Below are positions 42,463 to 51,980 of a DNA stretch of 64,000 bases, piece by piece. The DNA comes from an uncultured Pseudobdellovibrionaceae bacterium. GTDB taxonomy: Bacteria > Bdellovibrionota > Bdellovibrionia > Bdellovibrionales > UBA1609. The number at the start of each line of letters is the position of its first letter. The first letter of the stretch is position 1. Made by a program: the position numbers and the translations under genes. The notes beneath the pieces were generated by a model. That model had not been told where the DNA came from. It saw only the letters and a list, made by a program, of their open reading frames with translations, and made no database searches. The stretch spans positions 32,001 to 96,000 of the forward strand of contig CAWDNU010000003.1 of assembly GCA_963803705.1 (NCBI GenBank), read 5' to 3'.

Positions 42463-42790
42463 TTTTTCCTCGCTTTAAGTTTCTGCACCTCAAGTTTCAT
42501 TAATCCCTTTGCTTTATCACTTATATTTTCACTGACTCTTTTATCAATTATCAAAAGCAGGTGGGTAATTTCAATTTTCGTAAATCTAAATAATACACTC
42601 TATATCCGCCACTTTTACCAGAATCATTTTTTGATACCCTGAATTTTCTTACCCCGCCAGTTCCCTCAACAGTGAGTCCAGTCTCCATATTATCTAATAA
42701 TATCTTTTGGATCTTTTGAAGGAGGCCAGAATCACCAATCTTTTTTAAGCTACTTGTAAAACTGTCGGATTCAACAAAGGTGCGTATCAT
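42459..42790 (-). CDS. HigB-2/RelE-like toxin, frameshift near 42575
   Basis: GTGGVRKFRV...GKSGGYRVYY; the shifted frame continues ITHLLLIIDKRVSENIS...KARKK* and overlaps the antitoxin ATG. Confidence 0.85.
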
Positions 42791-43368
42791 TTCTTAAATA
42801 TACCTACAGTAAGTATACTTGTCAATAGTATACTTGCGCTATCTCGTTTTGAGACAAATTAAAATCTGTACTGCGCTTGAATTGATACGCTTCCATTATC
42901 TATATTATAGCTAGGTCTGTAATATACAGAACTGAACAAAGTCGTTATATTTTTTTATAATACTTTTGGTCTTAAAGTAGGTGTAAGGATGTGTAAACAT
43001 CAACGGTTAGAAAATAAAAGGGAGCCGACCATTTCTCTAGCTCGACGTTATCTAGCGTTTAAAAAACCGGTTTAGTATATCAGTCAATATTAGATTTTAA
43101 CGTTTTTCATGTATTTACAGGCACTTGTTGGGCATGGCCTCATTTAATTTTCCGAGGTATTTCCATGGTATTTCTTGGAATTTTCCAGGATTTTTCAATG
43201 AGCCTTTTGATGGAGAAATATTTGGATTACTGCATAACTATTACGGGCAAATTGGCTACAGGTCCTTAATATTTTGAAGTAAAATAGTCGAAAAAATTTG
43301 CTTCTTGTTAGTCTACACCTTGCTTTTGACATCAGAACGTAGACACCTTAGTAGGTTGAGAGGTTAAA

Positions 43369-43602
43369 ATGAGAGATAATATTACAGGAGTTTTACGACT
43401 TAATGAAAATAACAGGTGGTGTATTATCGACCCGAATACAAGAGTCGACCTGGTTGAGATAACTTCAGGTGATGTCCTAGAATTTTTTGAAAATAGCAAA
43501 TGGGTTTCCACAAGAATTGAATTTGATGGGGTAAAGAATAAATATTATTCTGTAGCGGGTATTAACCTTTACAAAGATCAGCCAGCGAAAGTTAGTGCAT
43601 AA
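43369..43602 (+). CDS. DUF5348-like small protein, copy 2
   Basis: Clear paralog of 33193-33426. Confidence 0.65.
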   Translation: MRDNITGVLRLNENNRWCIIDPNTRVDLVEITSGDVLEFFENSKWVSTRIEFDGVKNKYYSVAGINLYKDQPAKVSA

Positions 43603-43955
43603 TTACAAATAACATTAGCCACATCCAGATTCTTAAGCAGTTAATATTGGGTTTTCCATTTTTTAACTAGAGGGTGCCTAAGATGGAAAAGTCAGAATAG
43701 GATATTGCAGTGAGAGTAAATAGAAATTGTAACCAGACAGTTCTGATTCGACTCTGTTCAATGCTGGGACTCATTTCGCTTAGTTTTGGTCGGAATTCAA
43801 ACATTTTAGTGAGATTTTGATGAGTCTATTTGGGCGCCAAGCTTGTAAAAATGACAATTTTGGTTCTGATTTAAAAGTTGAAATACAAATGTTTTGATCA
43901 GGGCTGGTATATAGCTTAAGTAATAGGTCTGAAATTTAAATTTAGGAGAATTATA

Positions 43956-44366
43956 ATGAAGAAGTATATATTTTTGAGCGTAGTTATATTTTTCTCATGT
44001 AACTCGTTTGCTAAAATTAATACTAAGGGTTGCGACATTTCATTAGAGAAAGCTTATGAATCTATTAATGGGTTAGAAATAATTAAATACGATAGAGTTG
44101 TACAGTTCATATCAGCTGTAAGTGAGCTTTCAGGTCAAATAACTAATGCGGATTTAGGTGATACTGTGTATCTAAGTGGTGTAAAAGAATTCGGAATTAT
44201 CATAGATGATAGGGTGAAAGGGTTAGTTGCTCAGCTGGATAGTCTCAAAAATTCACTTAATGAAGCTGAAGCAGCCTTCCACGACGAGGGGTGCTCATTT
44301 GGAAGCTATGAGAATTTTAAACTATATTTTGATGCTAGAAATTCCGTGTTTCTCTTATTGGATTAG
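43956..44366 (+). CDS. Hypothetical secreted protein
   Basis: AGGAGA RBS; signal peptide MKKYIFLSVVIFFSCNSFA. Confidence 0.75.
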   Translation: MKKYIFLSVVIFFSCNSFAKINTKGCDISLEKAYESINGLEIIKYDRVVQFISAVSELSGQITNADLGDTVYLSGVKEFGIIIDDRVKGLVAQLDSLKNSLNEAEAAFHDEGCSFGSYENFKLYFDARNSVFLLLD

Positions 44367-44789
44367 AACTTTCAAAATCTTTTGGCCCCGATTGTGGACC
44401 GATTGATTACTTTCAATTTTAATATTAATAACAATTAAATAATTAGGCTGATCATACCCATATTTTGCAGTTTGCAAATCATAAATGAACTTATCATCAA
44501 TACAAATATTACTAATCTCAAATTCTTTAACCACTTTCTGAATTTGCTTTTGATTAAATAGACAATCAATAGTTACTTTATTCATATTATCTACATCAGA
44601 AGATCTATGGTATACATAGCCCGCCTTAGTGTAAATTTCACTTTCCGGCATAAAAACGGATACACTTACCTTTAGACATTCAGTCATCGAATCAAAAGAC
44701 TCGGTAAATTGCCTCATCTCTTTTTCATAAGCTTTAAGCTGCCTTAGAAACTCATTTATATAGTCTCTAGCTCTTTTATTGTAGATCAT
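44355..44789 (-). pseudogene. RusA-like Holliday junction resolvase, probably 5'-truncated
   Basis: DVDNMNKVTIDCL...IDDKFI; the in-frame upstream RVNYAYY has no start codon. Confidence 0.6.
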
Positions 44790-44998
44790 TTTGGATTTGT
44801 AATAAGCATAATTTACTCTTTTTTAGAATTACAATCCTATTCTCCTGCAACCTTAAGTATATAAATATTCAGTTTCTTTGATTTTATCGCTTTCACCCAC
44901 TCTGTTCTTACTAAGAACAGCATAAATTATTTCGACAGGCTGGTATTATTTACTTTGAGTCCGATTTGCACTACTAAACAGATCTTCCAAACTGTAAT

Positions 44999-47464
44999 TT
45001 GATCGGTATGTTTAGCTCTAAATTTCCAAAATTACTAAGATTTATAAAAATCATTTTGAGCGGTACAACAATTTTATTTGGAACATTTCTACAAGCTAAT
45101 ACTTGCGTTAAATATTTAAATTCATCTGATAATAAGGGTGCAGAACTACTCCGCCGTAAAAACTCTCAACTCCATACAACTGGCTACATTTCTAGAGCAG
45201 CTATCAGACTGGCTAGATCCAGATCTGCACTTCATTCACCTCCTGTACAAAAAATTTCAGCATTTATCCATTCCTTAGGCTTTAATCATATCAGGGCTAG
45301 AAATGATAAAACCTATTTAGAGTGGTTTAAAGGTAAGCTATATAATAAATATGTTATTAAATCTGAGGATGTCCCAGAAAGTTTTTTTAACCTTCAGGTA
45401 CAAATCGCTGCAAATGAAGGTCATGGCCACATTGTTCTGTCAGAAGATGATAAGAAAAGATTAGCTGAAGTCATAATCAAAGATCAAAAAAGTAGTTTAG
45501 ACGTTTGGATTGATTACTTTATATCACCTGACTCAGACTCCTATCCCATGTGGTTTAAGTTTTGGGCATTTCAAGGCTTAGTTAAACTTGGAAAGTATGA
45601 TGATGAAAGAGGTGTTTTTTTTAAAAGAAATAAGGGAACTACTAATATGTTTCCAGATCTTAATAGTGAAATCTTAACCTTAATTGCAGATAGCGTGATT
45701 CAAAAACTAAATGGCAAATCATTAGATGACCTAGAAGATCACGACTTTAGAAGGCTCGTTGAGAAAGAAAATTTCGTTGATTTATACACTTATGAATATA
45801 CTAGAGTTAAAAATATTGTTCTAGATTTATCTTCAACAGAAGGGATTTGGAAAAGATTCGATAAAGGATCTGACCCCAAGCTTTTAACTGAAGCTTTAAA
45901 AAACAAAGCTACCGGCTGGTGCACTGCTGGGATAGGCTTTGCTGAAAAGCAAATCGCTGCAGGTGATTTTCACATCTTTTTTACTAAGGATGATGAGGGT
46001 AATTTCAAACAACCCAGAATAGCTATTAGGATGGAAGACAGCAAAATTAAGCAAATCAGAGGAATAGCTAAGGATCAAAACTTAGATGACAGAATCGCAA
46101 GCTCTAATGCTTTAGATGAAAAATTGAAAGAATTTGGAAAAGAAAGCGAAGAATATAAGATTAAAACTCTTCATATGAAAAAGCTTACCGTAATCAAAGA
46201 TAAGCATGATCAAGGGTTTATATTAGCTAATGAAGATTTAAGGTTTTTATATGAGATTGATGAAAAAATTCAAGGGTTTGGATATGGTAGCGATCCAAGG
46301 ATAAATGAAATCTTAAAAGATAGAAATACCAAAATCGATTTGTCTATATTTTTTGCCTGTAGACCTGATCAGATATCCTTAACTGATGAAGAAGCATTAA
46401 GTGGCGACATTATCTACCACCACGGAAGCCTTTTTTTATCTGACTTAACTTCATCCGATGGACTTACATTGCCAAAAAGCATAAAATTTGATCTCTATCT
46501 GGAAGGGCTAGGTTCAGCTGATGGACTTATTTTACCTGAGGGAATTGGTGGTGAGCTTAGTTTGAGTAATCTAACTTCAGCTGATGGACTTATTTTGCCA
46601 AATATTATTGGTGGTGGCCTTCATCTAAACAGCCTAACGTCAGCTGTTAGGCTTATTTTTCCAAAAAGTATTGGTGGTCATCTTAGTTTAGGAAGTTTAA
46701 CATCAGCAAATGGGATTATTCTACCAGAATCTGTTAGAGGTGATCTTAGTTTAACAAATTTAACTTCAACCAGTGGTTTAACTTTACCAAATAGTGTTGG
46801 TGGAAATCTTTATCTAGGAAATCTAACTTCAGCTATTGAGCTTATCTTACCAAAAAGTGTTGGTGGAACTCTTTATTTACAAAGACTTACTTCAGCGGAA
46901 GGGATTACTTTACCCCATAGTGTAGGTGGTAGTCTTTATCTAGGAAGTCTAATTTCAGCTATTGAGCTTATCTTACCAAAAAGTGTTGGTGGTGATTTAT
47001 ATTTGAATGGCCTGGTTTCAGCGGAAGGACTTACTTTACCTCGTAGCGTAGGCGGAAATCTTAATTTATATAGCTTAACTTCTGCGGAAGGGCTTAGTTT
47101 ACCAGATAGTGTTGCTGGATCTGTTGATTTATATAGCCTAACTTCAGCGAAAGGACTAATTTTACCTAAAAATATAGAGGGCGACCTATATTTAACAAAT
47201 TTAACTTCAACCAATGGTTTAACTTTACCAAATAGTATTGGTGGAAGTCTTAATTTACATAGCCTAACTTTAGCGACAGGTCTTAGATTGCCAGATAAGG
47301 TTGGCGGTGGTCTTGATTTAGGAAGTCTAATTTCAGCGACAGATCTCAACTTACCAGAAAGCATTGGTGGTTTAGATTCTTACCAATATTTAGTTTCCAC
47401 AAAATTGTTTGAAATTCCAAAAAATATTCGAAAAGAGTTGGTTAAAAAATATCTTGATAGATAG
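44999..47464 (+). CDS. Exported protein with a GWCTAG domain and about 15 x 21-aa LRR-like repeats
   Basis: TGWCTAG...GDFHIFF...PRIAIRM; repeats GxLxLxxLTSAxGLxLPxSVG at ~46420-47370. Confidence 0.8.
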   Translation: MIGMFSSKFPKLLRFIKIILSGTTILFGTFLQANTCVKYLNSSDNKGAELLRRKNSQLHTTGYISRAAIRLARSRSALHSPPVQKISAFIHSLGFNHIRARNDKTYLEWFKGKLYNKYVIKSEDVPESFFNLQVQIAANEGHGHIVLSEDDKKRLAEVIIKDQKSSLDVWIDYFISPDSDSYPMWFKFWAFQGLVKLGKYDDERGVFFKRNKGTTNMFPDLNSEILTLIADSVIQKLNGKSLDDLEDHDFRRLVEKENFVDLYTYEYTRVKNIVLDLSSTEGIWKRFDKGSDPKLLTEALKNKATGWCTAGIGFAEKQIAAGDFHIFFTKDDEGNFKQPRIAIRMEDSKIKQIRGIAKDQNLDDRIASSNALDEKLKEFGKESEEYKIKTLHMKKLTVIKDKHDQGFILANEDLRFLYEIDEKIQGFGYGSDPRINEILKDRNTKIDLSIFFACRPDQISLTDEEALSGDIIYHHGSLFLSDLTSSDGLTLPKSIKFDLYLEGLGSADGLILPEGIGGELSLSNLTSADGLILPNIIGGGLHLNSLTSAVRLIFPKSIGGHLSLGSLTSANGIILPESVRGDLSLTNLTSTSGLTLPNSVGGNLYLGNLTSAIELILPKSVGGTLYLQRLTSAEGITLPHSVGGSLYLGSLISAIELILPKSVGGDLYLNGLVSAEGLTLPRSVGGNLNLYSLTSAEGLSLPDSVAGSVDLYSLTSAKGLILPKNIEGDLYLTNLTSTNGLTLPNSIGGSLNLHSLTLATGLRLPDKVGGGLDLGSLISATDLNLPESIGGLDSYQYLVSTKLFEIPKNIRKELVKKYLDR

Positions 47465-47574
47465 CGAATTCCCCCGAATTTTCTCTCGGCTGATCTTCGA
47501 CTTTATGTGGGAGCAAACCACCTCTATGATCGGTTATTCTTATTTTTCAAATGTTAGAAAATAGCTGCTTCTTA

Positions 47575-47602
47575 ACTTAACATAACTATATTTATGTTAC
47601 CT
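47575..47602. other. dif-like site S5
   Basis: ACTTAACATAA-CTATAT-TTATGTTACCT; the left arm reverse complement TTATGTTAAGT is 10/11 to the XerD arm. Confidence 0.7.
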
Positions 47603-47695
47603 AAATCGCAATTTTTTTAAATAAAATTAGTCTTTTCTAAACTATAGATTGTGGGAGATATTCAATTATAGACCTCGTGGATTAATTCTCGAAAA

Positions 47696-47986
47696 ATGAA
47701 AAATTTCACATTAAAAACAGTTTTTCTGTCTCCATTGATTGTCATGACAAGCGCCCTAGCTTTGAACCTTTACGCTCAGTCTTCAGATAATGACGAGCTG
47801 GCGAAACGGTCAGATCCTTTCATGTTTTTCTACCCGTTGCTGTTTACCCTTCCCTACGCTTACTTTAAGACCAAAAGCATGGTGAAAAGACATAATAGTC
47901 TTGTTGAGTCTAAATCCGTTTACTTTGCACCTAGCTATAATATAGAAAATGAAAGCGTATCAATTCAAGCACAGTACAAATTTTAA
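47696..47986 (+). CDS. Hypothetical exported/membrane protein
   Basis: Signal plus TM segment; C-terminal aromatic residue (QAQYKF). Confidence 0.55.
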   Translation: MKNFTLKTVFLSPLIVMTSALALNLYAQSSDNDELAKRSDPFMFFYPLLFTLPYAYFKTKSMVKRHNSLVESKSVYFAPSYNIENESVSIQAQYKF

Positions 47987-48072
47987 TTTGTCTCCTACTG
48001 GACTTTTGTGCCATTTAAATACAATAAAACAAAAACCTTGCAATATGGCAAATTTTGCCATATGTTAAATAT

Positions 48073-48351
48073 ATGAGTTGGACAGTAGATTTTAGCAAAA
48101 AAGCAGGTAAACAGCTCAAAGAGTTAAACGAGAATATTATTCTAGTAGTAATTGCTTTGGTGGAAGAGCTAAAGATTTCGGGACCGGTTAGGGGTAATTG
48201 GAAAAACTACAGCAAGTTTTCTGATACCAAACACCACTGCCACTTAAAAAAAGGTCGCCCAACATACGTTGCTTGTTGGGAAGTGATTGATAAGAAAAAC
48301 AAGTCAATGGAGGTATATTATGTCGGTACACATGAAAAAGCGCCTTACTGA
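48073..48351 (+). CDS. RelE-like toxin
   Basis: WTVDFSKKAGKQL...NWKNYSK...HHCHLKKGRPTYVACW..YVGTHEKAPY; operator ATATGGCAAATTTTGCCATAT just upstream. Confidence 0.85.
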   Translation: MSWTVDFSKKAGKQLKELNENIILVVIALVEELKISGPVRGNWKNYSKFSDTKHHCHLKKGRPTYVACWEVIDKKNKSMEVYYVGTHEKAPY

Positions 48352-48706
48352 AGAAAGTAGTAAGAAAATTGCATTTAACTACAACGACAAGACAGTTATG
48401 GTGCCAGAGAAAAAAGCCGGGTTTATTATTAAGGAATTAGAGAAATACATGGTTGATTCGCCTAAAAAGGATTCCATTTCTTCAGATGATTTGTTTGCTG
48501 ATATCTATAAAAAATATTCTAAAGCTGGAGCGATATTAAAAGGCGCAAGGCTCAAAGAAAACCTGACTCAAGCTGAGTTAGCAAAAAAGCTAGAGATTGA
48601 GCAGCCGGATTTGTCTAAAATGGAAAGTGGCAAAAGACCTATTGGCAAGAAGCTAGCTAAAAGGTTCTCTGCGGTCCTTAATATTAATTATAGAGCTTTC
48701 CTATAG
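48320..48706 (+). CDS. XRE HTH antitoxin
   Basis: LKGARLKENLTQAELAKKL...SKMESGKRPIG. Confidence 0.88.
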   Translation: MSVHMKKRLTEESSKKIAFNYNDKTVMVPEKKAGFIIKELEKYMVDSPKKDSISSDDLFADIYKKYSKAGAILKGARLKENLTQAELAKKLEIEQPDLSKMESGKRPIGKKLAKRFSAVLNINYRAFL

Positions 48707-49095
48707 GCATCTTCGCTCTATAAATTAAAATGTATGTATTTCCAACCTTAAATCATACGCTTGGCATAGATATTTTGATTACTGATTAGTTATCAAAAAA
48801 TTATAACGTAGCAGAAAACCAGACATTTATATTAAATGAGTTTCAAGCCTAATTCCCTGAATATAAAATAGCGAACGGACGGCTTGGCAAGTTTGCCAAG
48901 CGGTATCACGTTACACTATAAATTTTTTGAATAATTAATCAACTTTTAACCTATAAACCTCTAAGCACAAATCACTAGTGATTTGCTCGGAATTCTATCG
49001 CTCTAGAGTAGTTTCGCAGTGACACTTTGCGCCCCCACTTAGACAGTTTTAATGTGCTCTAGTATCAACAATTTCGTTCTTAGCATTTGGTTTTA

Positions 49096-49111
49096 AGGCA
49101 TGAGATTTGCT
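49096..49111 (+). promoter_or_regulatory. Putative sigma-54 promoter
   Basis: AGGCATGAGATTTGCT (GG-N10-GC) 25 bp before ATG 49137. Confidence 0.5.
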
Positions 49112-49136
49112 TAAATATTTAAAAGGAGAAGAATTT

Positions 49137-49472
49137 ATGAAAAAAATTATGTTGAGTTTTATTCTATCATTAATATTTGTATCACCAGGCTTTGCTGCTG
49201 ATCTCAATCTAAATGGTGAGGAGATCAAGAATACCTACTCTCTAAATCTAGGGCTAGATATAGAAGCAAAGCAATGTCTGATCGAAAAAGGCATTAGCTG
49301 GATTCCCGGTATACTTACAGTAAGTCCTACTAATCTGTTCATGCATGAAGAAGGTGACTTTGATAAGCTGATTGAGGGTCTCTCAATATGCTATGAAATT
49401 GATCTAACCGGTGCAGCACCACAAGATAGAGGTATGAATTTCAAGATTTATAATTTTATATATAAAAAGTAA
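49137..49472 (+). CDS. Hypothetical secreted protein
   Basis: AGGAGA RBS; signal peptide MKKIMLSFILSLIFVSPGFA. Confidence 0.75.
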   Translation: MKKIMLSFILSLIFVSPGFAADLNLNGEEIKNTYSLNLGLDIEAKQCLIEKGISWIPGILTVSPTNLFMHEEGDFDKLIEGLSICYEIDLTGAAPQDRGMNFKIYNFIYKK

Positions 49473-49489
49473 ATAATAAGTGTCACAAA

Positions 49490-49572
49490 CACTGTTGATT
49501 AATAAAAGGTTTTTTAGATCTAATGAGCTTTTCTGCGAAGAATGGCTTTCTTTTATTTGGTCATAAAGTCTA
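49490..49572 (+). repeat. ~85-bp repeat copy C / terminator
   Basis: ctgttgattaat...aatgagcttttctgcgaagaatggctttc...ggtcataaagtcta. Confidence 0.85.
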
Positions 49573-49938
49573 CGACTTAAAACGATGTAACCTATGATTC
49601 GGCGACTTTCATAATGGTACTTATATTAGATTGGGGAATGGCTGTTTTCGAGCATTTTGAAATATAATAAAAACCGAATAAGAAGGTGATTTCCTTTTTA
49701 ATATTTAAATTGAAGGTTCAGCCGAGAGCTAAGTGGTAGCAAAAATTGCTACTTGGTAGGATATTTTTATATTAACTCTTCTCGAGGTTGTCTGGGAGTT
49801 TACTATCCTAAATTTAAATGATCTAAGTAACATTTGTACACTCAGAAAATAATTACATTCATAGAAAAATAACAAGAACTCTTTAGCCAAATTCAACACT
49901 TGTATGATAGTGTAACTTTATTATCTCGGAGGTAAGCA

Positions 49939-50073
49939 GTGAAATGTAAAGCTAAAAGACAAGATAATTTTTTTCCATGTACTACTATATTTTGCCAAGT
50001 TATAGGTGGCGGAGGCTTTGAAGATAATAATGAGGATGATAAAAAAAAGCCAAAACTAAAGATAGTAAAATAA
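49939..50073 (+). CDS. Putative 44-aa small protein
   Basis: GGAGG RBS plus GTG; MKCKAKRQDNFFPCTTIFCQVIGGGGFEDNNEDDKKKPKLKIVK. Confidence 0.4.
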   Translation: MKCKAKRQDNFFPCTTIFCQVIGGGGFEDNNEDDKKKPKLKIVK

Positions 50074-50257
50074 ATAAGTTGATTATTAATCCGAAATCAT
50101 CATCTTTTAGTAAAATTTAATTTTTATAAAATAAATCAACAGTGTCTCTATTGTGTGAAATATAGACCACAGGGTTAACCATACTCCTCGGTGAATGGTA
50201 CTATGATACTTTTAAGACTCTAGTTAATAATTATTTTTGCTAATTGCTTTCTTTAAT

Positions 50258-50770
50258 TTAGGAAAACCAAGTAACCCAAGCATTAAACTTTATTAACAAA
50301 TAATTGTACAACAGGCACAGAAGGACACAAACCATCAAAAAATATATAATTCTGATGTTCCTATCTACAAACCCATTAATGCCTAGAATAAATTTACTCA
50401 TTTTAAGATCTCTTCTATTCTTAATTACATAACCAGTTAAGCTAAAAATAACTAAGGCATGAAGATAATTTCCTACAGTTAATGCGCCTGAGAAAAGTGT
50501 AGCTAAAGAGAAGACTAAAAGAAAAAACATTCGCTTTTTTTGAGCAATATATATAAAAGTTAATATCAAAAGTGGTGCTGAAAAAACCATCCAAATATAT
50601 TTAAAAGACTCATTGATGTTTTTTGGCTGAGTGTGACCAAAAAATTTATAAATTTTGAAATTAATTTCTTCATGTAATTCTAAAAAACTCAATCCAAGGC
50701 TACCTAAAACAATATATATAGAACTAACAAGAATAATTAAAAAAACACTGTGACAACAACTCGAAGACAA
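50258..50770 (-). CDS. Hypothetical membrane protein
   Basis: Several hydrophobic segments; start uncertain. Confidence 0.5.
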   Translation of the reverse strand: MSSSCCHSVFLIILVSSIYIVLGSLGLSFLELHEEINFKIYKFFGHTQPKNINESFKYIWMVFSAPLLILTFIYIAQKKRMFFLLVFSLATLFSGALTVGNYLHALVIFSLTGYVIKNRRDLKMSKFILGINGFVDRNIRIIYFLMVCVLLCLLYNYLLIKFNAWVTWFS

Positions 50771-50894
50771 AACATTAATGGCTTGGTTTGAAAGAAAGAA
50801 CGTGGGCTGAAACTAAAAAAAATTCAATTTGTAAGTATTAAACCTAAAAGTTTGTTAAACCGTTGATCAACTTAGATGAAACAAAACTCCTAAT

Positions 50895-51155
50895 TTATTT
50901 ACAAAGAAATAAATAGCAATTCAAACTTACATAGAGAGTATAATTTGATGAAAACGCTATAACGTCTTTAAATTCACTTTTCATTTTGAAATAAGGTATA
51001 CCCATAGGTACACCAAGTGCTTTAGCCTCAAGAGAGCGGGATACTACGCATCCATCATTATTTGATAATACGACTACGGGCTTATACCGAAGCTTTGGGT
51101 TAAATAACCTCTCGCATGAAACATAAAATGAATTGCAATCAACAAGAGCTATCAT
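50895..51155 (-). pseudogene. umuC: umuC truncated after about 75 codons
   Basis: Matches the 31904 copy up to NYTLY, then unrelated sequence. Confidence 0.92.
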
Positions 51156-51589
51156 AGGGTTTCAGTAACGATAGACCTTACTATTCCCCAGATTTCAAAG
51201 TCCTGTTCATCAGGCCTAATAATGATGTCTTCGTATTTAATGCTTTCAGCTTTTAAAACTATATGGGTTCCAGTATTAAAGTACCTTTTAACTAAAAACT
51301 CATCATCGATTCTAACAACACAAATATGACCATTTCTTATATTAAGCGACCTATCTACAATCAGAATCGAGTTTTCAAAGATGCCCGCACCTATCATTGA
51401 ATCCCCCTTTGCTCTCACTAAAAAGGTGCTAGAGGGTTTTTTTATTAATAGATCATTTAGATCAATCGCAGAGTCTAAATAGTCATCAGCAGGAGACGGG
51501 AACCCACACGATACTTGAGATGCCACCACTTTTAAAAGAACAGAGGGCCCTACTTTCAAATTTGAGAACATAATTGATAAAATGCTCAT
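51152..51589 (-). CDS. umuD: UmuD, second copy
   Basis: Same protein as 31901-32338 except residue 2. Confidence 0.93.
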   Translation of the reverse strand: MSILSIMFSNLKVGPSVLLKVVASQVSCGFPSPADDYLDSAIDLNDLLIKKPSSTFLVRAKGDSMIGAGIFENSILIVDRSLNIRNGHICVVRIDDEFLVKRYFNTGTHIVLKAESIKYEDIIIRPDEQDFEIWGIVRSIVTETL

Positions 51590-51749
51590 TTGTGTAAGTT
51601 ATATGTAAGGTTTTTGTAAGTACACATGAAATTTATAAGTTGTCCTTTCATCTAATGACCTTAGCTTCGATTTGAGTACTTTTTAGCTTAAATATTATTA
51701 TATACTATCAAATAATATGATATATTATACTCAATCAAAAGGAGTAATT

Positions 51750-51980
51750 ATGAGCATGATTAAAAAATCAATAAATATTGATGAGACAATCGCTAAAGAT
51801 ATCGATCAAATTATTAAAGATAATCCAGAAATGACTTTTACAACCATTACTATACAAGCTTTAAAAAACTGGATCGAAAATCCTGTAATTAAAATAGCAA
51901 GACCAAGGCAGGTTACTGATAGTGATCTCAAAAATATGATCGAAGAAGATAAAGAGTTATTAATGGACCTCGCTAAATGA
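51750..51980 (+). CDS. Ribbon-helix-helix-like antitoxin
   Basis: IKKSINIDETIAKDID; AGGAG RBS; ATGA overlap with the Fic/Doc gene. Confidence 0.6.
   Translation: MSMIKKSINIDETIAKDIDQIIKDNPEMTFTTITIQALKNWIENPVIKIARPRQVTDSDLKNMIEEDKELLMDLAK

Noticed and set aside
42888..42915. CGCTTCCATTA-TCTATA-TTATAGCTAGG as a dif-like site
   Set aside because: Degenerate and shares no flanks with S1-S5; cannot be supported without a scored motif scan
43150..43198. GGTATTTCC-like 10-11-bp repeats as iterons
   Set aside because: Four degenerate copies and no rep gene nearby
46420..47370. 63-bp periodic DNA as a CRISPR array or DGR target
   Set aside because: Coding LRR-like repeats; no reverse transcriptase or adenine-specific TR/VR pair seen
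48043..48070. ATATGTTAAAT as a XerD arm
   Set aside because: Better explained as the TA operator palindrome/promoter; no partner arm
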